A stretch of DNA of 64,000 bases from an uncultured Gammaproteobacteria bacterium (GTDB lineage: Bacteria > Patescibacteriota > Microgenomatia > Levybacterales > GWA1-39-11), in the NCBI GenBank assembly GCA_964641355.1, contig CAZXND010000002.1, forward strand, positions 70,615 through 134,614, in the 5' to 3' direction. The position numbers were made by a program, and so were the translations under genes. How positions within the stretch are numbered: the first letter of the stretch is position 1; every line of letters begins with the position of its first letter. Positions 8,720 to 17,924 of this stretch are shown piece by piece. The notes beneath the pieces were generated by a model, which ran no database searches, was not told the origin of the DNA, and saw only the letters and a program-made list of their open reading frames with translations.

Positions 8720-10399
8720 ATGATTAATAAAGTATCAATTGAAAATTTTCGTTCATTAAAGAAGGTCGAGATAGACTTAATCTTACTTCATGCGATTGTT
8801 GGAGAAAATGGCACAGGAAAAACATCTATTCTTGAGGCTATTAACTACGTCACCTCTAGAGAGTATGCATCAAGAAAAATTGACGAACAAGATTTCCACT
8901 CCGATGAGCCAATTCAAATTAAAGTTTATTTTGATAAATATTTTTCCCTTCAAACAAAGGACGGTTATGCTACAAAGAATATTCTCTGTAATGGTGTATT
9001 CCTGAGGGTTAAACGAAGAGAAAAGGCATCACCAGGAAGAGCACTCTCTGATGGCGTTACCATTGAACATTTAGTTATTCCCGTCACATACTCTAATCAA
9101 TCTGAGATTAAAGAAGAATTATTGCCTGAAGGAGTTACGAGAGATTCATTGCCCACCAAACTAGAACGAACAGAACAGGGATTTGAAGCTCCAAGAGCGT
9201 CCAGCAGTAATCCATGGCAAATATCCGCACAGACACTATCATTTAATGGTGGCGACCTTGTTGGGTTTCCTTCAATTTTTTACTTCGACAGATACAGAGA
9301 GTCTGAAGCTAAGATGGGATACAATTCTTTGTTCCAAAAAATATCTAAAGAACTCGATTGGAGATATTTAAAATCGGTCAACTCAACGCAAACTTCCACA
9401 GATTGGGAAACCTACTACAATCCTGTTGTTGAGTCTGTTAAAAGCGAAAAACGAAGCAACATTCTTGACCCAATAAGAAATGATGCGCAACGCATTCTAG
9501 GTAAGGATTTTTCGAATTTTGAAATTGGTCTACATCATCTCAAGCAACCATTTAAACAGTCTTTCTTTTCACTTAGAAATCCAGGCGAGATAACACAAAT
9601 AGAATTTTCAAAAATGGGCTCAGGAGTGTGTACGCTCATTGCATATCTTCTCCTAAAAACAATAAGTAATTTATCAAAACAGGAAGTAGTATTTTTGATT
9701 GACGAGCCAGAAATGCATCTTCACTCTCAGGCAAGAACTGCACTTTTTGAAGAGTTCTTGAACTCAAGTAATCAAATTGTTTATACAACACATTCTGAAT
9801 TTTTTGTTGATTTAACAAATTGGAAAGGCGTATTAAGAATTGACGAAAAAAATAACACATTTCCACTGCCTGAAACTCTAGAAGAAACAATTAATGGTCA
9901 GACTATGCAAGACCATCTTGATGAAATAAAAACCTGGCATCAAGATAAAACAATTTATAATAAAGAAAACAATGAAATATTTTTTGCAAGAAAGGTTATC
10001 TTAACTGAGGGACCAATCGATAAATTTGGCATACGCAGATTTGAAGGTTTAATGGGTATACGGATTACTGACTCAACAATCATAAGCTGCAACGGTAAAA
10101 GTAAAATTCCCTATTACCAACTACTTTGCAAAGCGTTTGGAATTCCCTACTTCACCCTTATAGACTTAGACACTAAAGCTGAAACGGATACTGAAAATAA
10201 ATCGTTAATTGACTGGGTGGAAAACGATGCTTCTGCAAAATTTGAAAATTCTTTCGAAAACTCGCTTGGTATAAATCCAGACACTCATAAAGGGTCAGAA
10301 GTATTGAAGCATATAGAAAGTATTACTTCTAAAGAGACAATTCCGCAGGACATTCGTGAAGCTATTGAGAAGATTCAGTCATGGTCAACCAGCGATTAA
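8720..10399 (+). CDS. OLD-family (overcoming lysogenization defect) ATP-dependent nuclease, class 1: N-terminal ABC-like ATPase plus C-terminal Toprim
   Basis: 559 aa. Walker A GENGTGKTS near the N-terminus. Walker B/H-loop FLIDEPEMHLHSQ. C-terminal Toprim with catalytic Glu (ILTEGPIDKFGI), CNGKS glycine turn and DxD (TLIDLDTK). No adjacent helicase partner, so single-gene class 1 arrangement. Confidence 0.75.
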   Translation: MINKVSIENFRSLKKVEIDLILLHAIVGENGTGKTSILEAINYVTSREYASRKIDEQDFHSDEPIQIKVYFDKYFSLQTKDGYATKNILCNGVFLRVKRREKASPGRALSDGVTIEHLVIPVTYSNQSEIKEELLPEGVTRDSLPTKLERTEQGFEAPRASSSNPWQISAQTLSFNGGDLVGFPSIFYFDRYRESEAKMGYNSLFQKISKELDWRYLKSVNSTQTSTDWETYYNPVVESVKSEKRSNILDPIRNDAQRILGKDFSNFEIGLHHLKQPFKQSFFSLRNPGEITQIEFSKMGSGVCTLIAYLLLKTISNLSKQEVVFLIDEPEMHLHSQARTALFEEFLNSSNQIVYTTHSEFFVDLTNWKGVLRIDEKNNTFPLPETLEETINGQTMQDHLDEIKTWHQDKTIYNKENNEIFFARKVILTEGPIDKFGIRRFEGLMGIRITDSTIISCNGKSKIPYYQLLCKAFGIPYFTLIDLDTKAETDTENKSLIDWVENDASAKFENSFENSLGINPDTHKGSEVLKHIESITSKETIPQDIREAIEKIQSWSTSD

Positions 10400-10496
10400 T
10401 CCACGTATTTACCACAATAAATTTTGTCTATTGTTAAAATTTTTGTTGCGCGCTAGTATTGTGGGGATTATGAAAATTAACGTTAATTCTTCTGTC

Positions 10497-10967
10497 TTAG
10501 AAATGCGGGAATTTCTTCATCAATCTCTTTTCAAAAATAACTAGAGAGTTGAGGGGATCTTCTATAAATTTCCACTCTTCTTTTTTACCCTTTTTAGAGA
10601 GTAAGGTTTTAACATGTCTTTCGTGACTCTTAAATTTAGATAAAATTTTCCCTGAAAGCACTTTATCATTTGAAATGCTAACACTCGCTATTTCTCCAAC
10701 AAGAGTTGAGTAACGAAGAGCAGAAGAATAAAAAAGGTCATACTTTTTATTCTCGGTAATATATCTAAGCTCCTTTAGCCTACTATCTAAAAGAGAGAGT
10801 CTGTATAAAATACTACTTTTTACTCCAGGCTGAATCCCCAGAATAACTTTTTCTTCAAGTCTTTTTACCAAAAAAAGAGGTGAATCAGGCATCGTGCTAA
10901 GAGAAAAAAGAAGGAAAAAAGAAATAAATAAGATCAAGGCAAAAAGTCCAAAAATTATCTTTTTCAT
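10497..10967 (-). CDS. Hypothetical membrane-anchored protein
   Basis: 156 aa. N-terminal TM FGLFALILFISFFLLF followed by a soluble helical domain. Vague similarity in layout to the 56722..57273 ORF. Confidence 0.35.
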   Translation of the reverse strand: MKKIIFGLFALILFISFFLLFSLSTMPDSPLFLVKRLEEKVILGIQPGVKSSILYRLSLLDSRLKELRYITENKKYDLFYSSALRYSTLVGEIASVSISNDKVLSGKILSKFKSHERHVKTLLSKKGKKEEWKFIEDPLNSLVIFEKRLMKKFPHF

Positions 10968-11005
10968 ACAACAATTATACTTTATGAATTTTAAAAGTCA
11001 CGAAA

Positions 11006-12526
11006 TTATTTTTGTTTTACTATATTCAAAACTACACCCTTACGCTTAACTTCATACACCACTTTCCCATCTTGTTCATTATTCTTTCCCCAACGAGTAA
11101 AACAATATCTAATTTTTGCTTTTTCATTATTTATCTCCATTTGAGATCCAAGATATGGTATGGCCAAATGGGGTATACATGGGAAGACGTATAATTTTTT
11201 ATCCTTCTTAGTTTTATTGTCTTTTATCCAATCAGTTGCTTCTTTAAAAGTTGCTCCCCAATAGTCAGTCTCAAATTTGTTATGCGCATTCTCTAGTCCC
11301 CCAACAAGCGAATTAAAGTATATGTATTGATAAGGATGAAGAAACACCATTTCTCTTGCTATAAAAATCGCACCAAGTAATAGAATTAAAAAAGACATAT
11401 ATCTAATAATTTTTCCAGACTTAATCAGAGAAAAAACACCAAGAGCAGAAATTATTACAATTGGACCTGATAAAAATAGAAACTGTCTCCAAGCATCATA
11501 AATCACGGGTTTTTTGAAGAAAATTAAAATAAGAGGGACAAAGAAAATGAGCAGTAAATAGCTATACAAAAGCTTTAAAGAAAGGTTCTCTTTAAATATT
11601 GAATAAATCAAATAGACAACCCCGATGGCAAAAAAAAGCAATGTTACAAGTGGGGTGGTTATAGTAATCCACGTAGGTAAATAATACCAAGGAATCGATT
11701 CTGGATTGTACATAATTCCTTGAAATAAAATTGCACCGGGATATGGATACTTCTCAGATGCTGAGATGATATTCAAAATTTCTAATGGTTTTAATAAAAG
11801 ATAAGGCGAAGAAAGATAAAATAATACAACAAAAGTAGAAAAGGTGACAGCTTGAAATTTTAAATATTTTTTAAAAGATTGCGTAAGGACTGATTGAATA
11901 AGCGAAATCACTAAAAAGATCAAATAAATATATAAGAGTGCAGGACGTAGCGATACAACAAGCGCAAAAAGCATTCCAATGACTATAGAAGTTGAAATCT
12001 TTTGCTCGGAAAAATATTTAATAGAAAAATAGATTGTTGGAAGTAACAAAACTGCAGCCCCGATATCTTTGCTATTTGTGAAAATATCTCCATAAAAACG
12101 AGGCATAAAAAGAAGGAAGAAAAAAGATACTGTTGATGCCGTATAGCTTTTTGTAATAAGTAACACTAGTTTATAAATAAAGTAAAACCCAAGTAGAGAA
12201 AATAGTGCTAAAAAAAGATGATAGTATTCAATACTGTTTAGACTTAGTGATTGCAAGAGACTTGTTCGAGTTATCTCAAGAATTGAACCGTGAGTTAGAA
12301 AAAATTCCGGCTCAATAGATAGTTTTAGAAAAGAAGTATCTCTACCAAATGATGCATAAAACAATAAAGTATTTTTCCCAAGAGCTAAAACATCTTGCTC
12401 ATCAAATGTTGTTCCGTAGTTAGAAAATGTGAAAACTATCAGAAGAAAAATTATCGCAAGTAAAATAAATATTAACTTCCTTTGAAGAAATTGAAGTTTT
12501 GAGTCATTCTTTTTCGATTTAACCAC
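11006..12526 (-). CDS. Polytopic membrane glycosyltransferase, GT-C fold (ArnT/PMT-like, GT39/GT83-like)
   Basis: 506 aa with about 11 predicted TM segments. Acidic DE-containing first external loop (TTFDEQDVL). About 100-aa soluble C-terminal domain. Architecture typical of undecaprenyl-phosphate-sugar dependent GT-C enzymes. Confidence 0.5.
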   Translation of the reverse strand: MVKSKKNDSKLQFLQRKLIFILLAIIFLLIVFTFSNYGTTFDEQDVLALGKNTLLFYASFGRDTSFLKLSIEPEFFLTHGSILEITRTSLLQSLSLNSIEYYHLFLALFSLLGFYFIYKLVLLITKSYTASTVSFFFLLFMPRFYGDIFTNSKDIGAAVLLLPTIYFSIKYFSEQKISTSIVIGMLFALVVSLRPALLYIYLIFLVISLIQSVLTQSFKKYLKFQAVTFSTFVVLFYLSSPYLLLKPLEILNIISASEKYPYPGAILFQGIMYNPESIPWYYLPTWITITTPLVTLLFFAIGVVYLIYSIFKENLSLKLLYSYLLLIFFVPLILIFFKKPVIYDAWRQFLFLSGPIVIISALGVFSLIKSGKIIRYMSFLILLLGAIFIAREMVFLHPYQYIYFNSLVGGLENAHNKFETDYWGATFKEATDWIKDNKTKKDKKLYVFPCIPHLAIPYLGSQMEINNEKAKIRYCFTRWGKNNEQDGKVVYEVKRKGVVLNIVKQK

Positions 12527-12603
12527 AATAATATCTATTAAATTTTATCTATATAAAAAACTAAAACTTAAAGCCTGGCCAGGCGCTAACACTTCAGAAA
12601 AAT

Positions 12604-12798
12604 TTATCTTCTCTTTTTCCCAGCTAGAAGGTGGTAAGCAAGTATTACTGCTGCCCCTCCGAATACAACTACGTTAACGGCTGTTGCTAATGTTCCAAAA
12701 AATTGATTTACCAAATTAACTCCGGAAAACTCTTCGTAAGCAATAACTAATCCACCAAGTATAAGTGCCCATTGAGCGACTACTACTAAATTTTTCAA
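12604..12798 (-). CDS. Small two-TM membrane protein, unknown function
   Basis: 64 aa, two hydrophobic helices and a basic C-terminus GKKRR. No family assignment possible. Confidence 0.3.
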   Translation of the reverse strand: MKNLVVVAQWALILGGLVIAYEEFSGVNLVNQFFGTLATAVNVVVFGGAAVILAYHLLAGKKRR

Positions 12799-12980
12799 GT
12801 TATTTCACCTCCCTTCGAAAGAAACGCACCCATATAGCGAACCACTTTTCTTGTTATTTGTCAACGATCCTATAACCTACCGTTTAGCTCTGTAAAAAAA
12901 TAAAAAATTATGTGATAGTTATTTTACATTAATCACTTATCAGGTTTGCGTTTTTCTAAAAAAAAGTTTACAAATTATCT

Positions 12981-13271
12981 ATGGATCAAAAAAACAAACA
13001 AGACATATCAAGCCCAACTAATCAGGCATTAAATACTAATGCAGCAGTCGCGCCCAATAATGAAGGATCAAGATCGCAGGACCAAACACGGGAAGTCATG
13101 ATAGAAAAAAAAGAAGAAGAGGAGATGGAAGAATATAAAGAAGAAAAGCCAAAGGAAGATTTTGAAAGTTGGAGAATAAATAAAAGGGTCGATGCAAAAA
13201 TCTGGCAGTTAGTAATCGGATTTATTATCGCACTTCTTGCATTTATTGCCTGGAGTCAAATATTTTCATAA
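12981..13271 (+). CDS. Hypothetical tail-anchored protein (charged E/K-rich N-terminus, C-terminal TM)
   Basis: 96 aa. Low-complexity KEEEEMEEYKEEKPKE region, then a single C-terminal TM IWQLVIGFIIALLAFIAW. Confidence 0.3.
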   Translation: MDQKNKQDISSPTNQALNTNAAVAPNNEGSRSQDQTREVMIEKKEEEEMEEYKEEKPKEDFESWRINKRVDAKIWQLVIGFIIALLAFIAWSQIFS

Positions 13272-13315
13272 TATTTATATCTTCAATAACAACTTATAAG
13301 TGATATAATTTCTGC

Positions 13316-14608
13316 GTGTTATTTTTTTTCTTCCTCCTCTATCTACTATTCCCCCAAAAAGCTTATGCCCAGATACAGGAAATCCAACATGTTATTTCTA
13401 CGGGACAAAGTCTTGCGCAGGGGGCGGCAGGATATCCATCACTATCCAAAACTCAAAAATACGACAATATAATGCTAAGTGGTGGAAAACCACTCTCAAA
13501 TCTTAAAGATATAGAAAATGCCAACTTCACACCTCTTATTGAGGGAGGGGAGGAGTCAATAAGCTCAGGACTAGCCAACTATGTAGCTAAAAATAGTAAA
13601 GACAGAAAATTTCAAATTGAAATAAATGCTAACGGGTGGGGTGGAAGAAGCTACTCACTTATAAAAATAGGCACAGAGCCTTTTACATATAATATAAAGG
13701 AGGTAGAAAGATCTAAGTATCTTGCTGAAAATGAAGGAAAAAAATACAAAGTTACCGCAATAACACTAATACATGGAGAAGCCGATGATGATCTTTATAG
13801 AGTTGGGGACACATGCCCGAACTATCAAAAGAATCTTTTAGAATTGCAGAAAGATTATAATAGCGAAATCAAAAAAATTACTGGTCAAAGTGAAAATATC
13901 CCTCTTTTTACAGATCAGCTAAGCTCGTATTCCTCTCGAGCGAAGTCTCCATGTGTAACTCTTGCACAACTCATAGCTTCTAAGGTAGAACCAAAAAAAA
14001 TTATACTCGTTGGTCCCAAATATTTCCTCACTTATCAAGGTGACAGTCCACATCTAAACAATTATGGCTATCGACTGCTTGGAGAATATTATGGCAAGGT
14101 TTATAAAAAAGTTATTATAGACAAAAAAAAGTGGACACCTCTATCCCCCAGCTCTATAACGCGGAAAGGAAGAACAATCACCTTAGATCTTTTTGTTCCA
14201 AAACCACCAATCGTAATTGATTTTGAAAGAGTAAAAAAACAAAAAAATTTTGGGTTTGAGTTTTTTAGTCCAAATCTCGAAATAGGAATAAAAAGTGTTA
14301 AGATAATTTCTCCAACTAAAATAGAGATAAAACTAGATAAACTTCCTAAAGCAAAAGTAGAAAAACTACGCTATGCTTACTCAGCGATATTGGGATCAAG
14401 TTCGGGAGCTACTCCATCCGGATCTCCTCGAGGCAATATAAGAGACAGTGATATCGGAAATTCTCTTTATAAAACTCCCTTATATAATTGGCTCGTTCAC
14501 TTTGATGAGCCCATCAAAGTCTTGTCAGAAGAAGAAACCATACAAGAGAAATCTGAGAGTTTTATAACCAATTTTGAAGAGAAAATAGGATTTAAGCTGT
14601 TTAACTAA
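13316..14608 (+). CDS. Secreted SASA/CE6-like (sialate O-acetylesterase-type, SGNH-related) esterase domain protein
   Basis: 430 aa. Signal peptide MLFFFFLLYLLFPQKAYAQ. TGQSLAQG resembles the GQSN catalytic-serine motif and IHGEADDD resembles the QGESD motif of the SASA/DUF303 family. Extra C-terminal beta-rich domain. Confidence 0.5.
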   Translation: MLFFFFLLYLLFPQKAYAQIQEIQHVISTGQSLAQGAAGYPSLSKTQKYDNIMLSGGKPLSNLKDIENANFTPLIEGGEESISSGLANYVAKNSKDRKFQIEINANGWGGRSYSLIKIGTEPFTYNIKEVERSKYLAENEGKKYKVTAITLIHGEADDDLYRVGDTCPNYQKNLLELQKDYNSEIKKITGQSENIPLFTDQLSSYSSRAKSPCVTLAQLIASKVEPKKIILVGPKYFLTYQGDSPHLNNYGYRLLGEYYGKVYKKVIIDKKKWTPLSPSSITRKGRTITLDLFVPKPPIVIDFERVKKQKNFGFEFFSPNLEIGIKSVKIISPTKIEIKLDKLPKAKVEKLRYAYSAILGSSSGATPSGSPRGNIRDSDIGNSLYKTPLYNWLVHFDEPIKVLSEEETIQEKSESFITNFEEKIGFKLFN

Positions 14609-14623
14609 ACTTTGATGTTAGAC

Positions 14624-14689
14624 CTTAAAAAAGACGTAGTCTTTATTTTAAAAACTTAAAATTTAAAAAAAGACGTAGTCTTTATTTTC
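14624..14689. terminator. Two tandem copies of a 23-25 bp element AAAAAAGACGTAGTCTTTATTTT (short hairpin AAAGAC-GTA-GTCTTT flanked by A-run/T-run) between convergent genes. Candidate bidirectional terminator.
   Basis: Copy 1 at 14627-14649 is intergenic. Copy 2 at 14665-14688 overlaps the last codons of recO. The symmetric A-run/T-run flanks allow termination in both directions. The stem is short, so function is uncertain. Confidence 0.35.
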
Positions 14690-15192
14690 TTTTCAATTAT
14701 TCTTTCTATAAAAATTGAAAGCTCTTCATTACTTCTAAATTTATCCCGACTATCCCAAAACCCAAGACTTGCTAACATTTTAGTTTGAAAATCAAGCATT
14801 TCCTCATCTCTATCATCTCTATTAAAATTATTTAAAGTTGCCTCTACAAGGGAAAATACTTCAAAGTTTTTCTGTTCGCTTGCACAAAGCGAATTTATAA
14901 GTTCGCAAATAAGAAACATTTTACCGATGTGCTTCATCTCATTTCTGATGTTAGAAAACGTATTTACCACTTCTACTTCTGTGAGAATATGGTTTCTTTT
15001 TGTTTTTGTTGTTTGAAAACGTATAAGATTAAGCAGTTCTATGTGAGGAGCACGTCTTGAGTTAATCCTTCTTACCCCTTTTGCCAAAACTTCTATCTTT
15101 CCATGATCTTGAGTAAAAAGAGTAAGATAACGATCAGATTCTCCAAGATTGACTCTTTTAATTACAAACCCCGTATCTTTGAGGTAAATCAT
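14656..15192 (-). CDS. recO: DNA repair protein RecO (short form)
   Basis: 178 aa. N-terminus MIYLKDTGFVIKRVNLGESDRYLTLFTQDHGKIEVLAKGVRR matches the RecO OB-fold N-terminal domain. The C-terminal domain is shortened. Confidence 0.7.
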   Translation of the reverse strand: MIYLKDTGFVIKRVNLGESDRYLTLFTQDHGKIEVLAKGVRRINSRRAPHIELLNLIRFQTTKTKRNHILTEVEVVNTFSNIRNEMKHIGKMFLICELINSLCASEQKNFEVFSLVEATLNNFNRDDRDEEMLDFQTKMLASLGFWDSRDKFRSNEELSIFIERIIEKKIKTTSFFKF

Positions 15193-15199
15193 ATTGAAG

Positions 15200-17191
15200 T
15201 TAGAGACTTAATTTAAGCTCTTTATCAGATCTTAGCTCAAAAGTCTCTTTTAATTTTCCATTTACATAAATCTCATATGAGGACTTCTCTGTTCCAGGTT
15301 GTTTTTGAATATATACAGGAAGAGGCGAACCTGATTTTAGCTTGAATGGGAGCTTGTAGGTATACGTGATTTCACTCTTTCCGAGAGGATTAACAGTAAA
15401 GAACGATTCAAACATTGTTTTACCAAGCTCTTTCTTTGTCTCAACTTTCACTTCCGAACCTTTTGAAGTTGTAAGAGAAGATCCCTGCGGAACATAAACT
15501 CTTTGAAAGTCACGAAGTGTTGCATTAAGACAAAGTCCTCCCCTTTCTAAATTACAGTCTGAGTGAGGTTGAGGATTGCGGTATGTAATAGTAACTGTTT
15601 TTGTAATTTCTCCGTTTGATGAAACATTATAATCCATTTTTACAGCTTGCGTAACAAACATATTTGCTTTTGCTCCAGCGAAATTAGCATCGTTAATATG
15701 AATATAGTCACCATCAAATGGAAGAACTCTACCTCCCCAATTTAGAGCTTCTATTCCCTTTTGAGCCTCCGAATCTTTAAGATAGAAAAGAATATGCTTT
15801 TCTTGGATATCCTTAATTCCACTTTGGAAAAGTCTCCCCCAATAAAGTTTTGGCGATGAAGAAAGAGATTTTTGCATAATTGCGTAAAGAAGCTCTCCTA
15901 AAATTCCCTTTCTATTCTCTCGTACTCCCTGAACAGGCTTATCAACATAAGACTCAAGTTCATAAACAACCTGAGGACAGTTACAACGAGGATCTATATC
16001 TGATTTAAAAGTAACTCCCCCTGCTTCAACTGGACCTAATATCTTAAGTATGTTTACAAGAACCTGAGTATCTATCGCAATAATTCCATCATATTTTTTC
16101 TCACCATTAGAATCAGCATATAAGGCCTCGAAATTCTTCATAGAAGATTTGAAGTCAGGAGATAAGTTGCTATCACGGATATTGGATGTATAAACCTTAG
16201 GAAGATATTTAAGTATTATCGGATCTGCTTTGGGATGACTTCTAATACTTGCATCCAAAGTATAAATATCAGATGAACTATCAGCGCTCACTATTCCCTG
16301 ATCGACTCTAAAAATAGAATAAAATGTTATAAATCCACCGGTAGGCCGAAGCTCTTTGTCGTTTTGGAATATAACAAGATACTTTTTTTCTTTTGATTCA
16401 CCCAAAAGCTCAGGTAAAACCTTAATAAGAGGCTTTCCCTGATCAACAGCAAGTACTCCTTGATCCGTTGCATCTTTTATGTTTTGGATTTGATTTCTAA
16501 TCCTTTTAAAAACCCAAAAATTGGGATAGCGATTAGGGTCTACTTGATCTACTTCTGTTTTTGCTTTCTTTAGTTCTACTTCGATCTTATCGATCGCAGG
16601 AACAACTTTTCCCATTGTTTTAACAGCAAGCTTAATCCTATCTTGAGCCGAACCCATAACAAAACTGTGTCCTCCTTTAAGTCCGAGTACATCTGCGTAA
16701 GGGATGAGTGACTCAGTCGCAACTATTGCACTATCAACTCCATAAGAAGAAGCTCTTACTAGATGAACCGCATCGCCATAGTAAGACCCAGCAAGTGGAA
16801 CAAATCTAACAAAAGAGATAGTCGAAAGGTCATCATCTAAGTTCTCAAGGCTCGTTTTGGTTTTATTTAATTCTTCCTTTAGAGTTAGGACATTTTGCCC
16901 CTTTGCAGAAGAATATGCGGCCTTTGCTTGTTTATAACTTGATTGTGCATCAACATAAATTCTTCTTACCTTTATTCCTAAAAAGATTCCAATAACTAAA
17001 GCAAAAAACAAAAATACTCCAAAACCAGTAAGAAACCTTTTATTTTTAACAAACTTAAATCTATTTTTGAAAGATTTTGAATTCATGGGTGAATGAGATG
17101 GAACCGCATCCATTTTACTATTACTAGGTTGTGTATCTTTAATCTCAATTTTTTTAAATCCGGTGTCGTCCATTGGGCATGTATCAAACAA
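15200..17191 (-). CDS. Large membrane-anchored extracytoplasmic protein of unknown function (possibly DUF4012-like)
   Basis: 663 aa. Cytoplasmic N-tail, single TM (FLTGFGVFLFFALVIGIFLGI), then a roughly 580-aa external domain. Sits directly downstream of the initiating sugar transferase, suggesting a glycan-assembly accessory role. Confidence 0.4.
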   Translation of the reverse strand: MFDTCPMDDTGFKKIEIKDTQPSNSKMDAVPSHSPMNSKSFKNRFKFVKNKRFLTGFGVFLFFALVIGIFLGIKVRRIYVDAQSSYKQAKAAYSSAKGQNVLTLKEELNKTKTSLENLDDDLSTISFVRFVPLAGSYYGDAVHLVRASSYGVDSAIVATESLIPYADVLGLKGGHSFVMGSAQDRIKLAVKTMGKVVPAIDKIEVELKKAKTEVDQVDPNRYPNFWVFKRIRNQIQNIKDATDQGVLAVDQGKPLIKVLPELLGESKEKKYLVIFQNDKELRPTGGFITFYSIFRVDQGIVSADSSSDIYTLDASIRSHPKADPIILKYLPKVYTSNIRDSNLSPDFKSSMKNFEALYADSNGEKKYDGIIAIDTQVLVNILKILGPVEAGGVTFKSDIDPRCNCPQVVYELESYVDKPVQGVRENRKGILGELLYAIMQKSLSSSPKLYWGRLFQSGIKDIQEKHILFYLKDSEAQKGIEALNWGGRVLPFDGDYIHINDANFAGAKANMFVTQAVKMDYNVSSNGEITKTVTITYRNPQPHSDCNLERGGLCLNATLRDFQRVYVPQGSSLTTSKGSEVKVETKKELGKTMFESFFTVNPLGKSEITYTYKLPFKLKSGSPLPVYIQKQPGTEKSSYEIYVNGKLKETFELRSDKELKLSL

Positions 17192-17262
17192 AAAAACACA
17201 AAGGATTCTTTGCCTGATATTAATAATTTAAACACAAAATAAAATATAAAGTCAAATAAATA

Positions 17263-17901
17263 CTACATCGCTCCCTTACCTGAGAGCATAGCAAATGGGG
17301 TACGAGCTATTATCCATAGATCGTAAAAAATTGAACGCTTCTTTGCATATGAAGCATCAAGCTGAATCCTCTTATCAAAATTTATTTCACTTCTTCCGGT
17401 AACTTGCCATACACCTGTAATACCTGGTTTTATCGAAAGTACAATCTTAACTGCATCTTTCGTATTTGGGTACTTTACCTGTTGTTCTCGAAGCTCATCA
17501 AGATAATAGGCCCTAGGACCCACAATGCTCATCTCCCCCCTAAGGACATTGAAGAATTGAGGTAGTTCATCAAGCGAATACTTCCTGATAAATTTTCCCA
17601 CTCCAGTAATTCTCGGGTCTCGCCTTAATTTATAACCACTTTTTTTGTATTGTTCATATAACTTAGCAAATTCAGGATCAGTCGTTAAAAGTTCATGAGC
17701 ATTCTTCACCATAGAACGAAACTTATACATCCTAAAAAGTTTTCCATTCTTACCAACTCGAGAAGGAGTATCCGCTAAGATAGGACCGGAGGAATTTAAT
17801 TTAATAGCTATAATTGTAAGAATAAATATTGGAGAAAAGAAGGTTATAAGGGTAATAGATAAAATAATATCAAGCAATCTTTTTGCAAGAATGTATAGCA
17901 T
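17263..17901 (-). CDS. Initiating polyprenyl-phosphate sugar-phosphate transferase (bacterial sugar transferase family, small PglC/WbaP-C-terminal type)
   Basis: 212 aa. N-terminal re-entrant helix, then DELPQFFNVLRGEMSIVGPRAY, the signature of the bacterial sugar transferase (monotopic PGT) family. Confidence 0.8.
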   Translation of the reverse strand: MLYILAKRLLDIILSITLITFFSPIFILTIIAIKLNSSGPILADTPSRVGKNGKLFRMYKFRSMVKNAHELLTTDPEFAKLYEQYKKSGYKLRRDPRITGVGKFIRKYSLDELPQFFNVLRGEMSIVGPRAYYLDELREQQVKYPNTKDAVKIVLSIKPGITGVWQVTGRSEINFDKRIQLDASYAKKRSIFYDLWIIARTPFAMLSGKGAM

Positions 17902-17924
17902 ATGAATATTGTAACAGAAAGAGT

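Noticed and set aside
8567-10496. Considered whether the OLD-family gene is part of a mobile element or prophage
   Set aside because: No integrase, transposase, flanking direct repeats or tRNA were found. Flanking genes are housekeeping (glyQS), and base composition looks like the rest of the window.
12604-12798. 64-aa two-TM protein with basic C-terminus considered as a holin
   Set aside because: No endolysin, other phage lysis genes or phage structural genes are nearby. Its neighbours are glycan and membrane genes, so holin assignment is unsupported.
17531-17541. C6/G6 tracts (17535-17540, 29613-29618) as additional phase-variation candidates
   Set aside because: Runs of 6 are short enough to occur by chance and rarely slip efficiently. 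Only the runs of 7 or more are reported.
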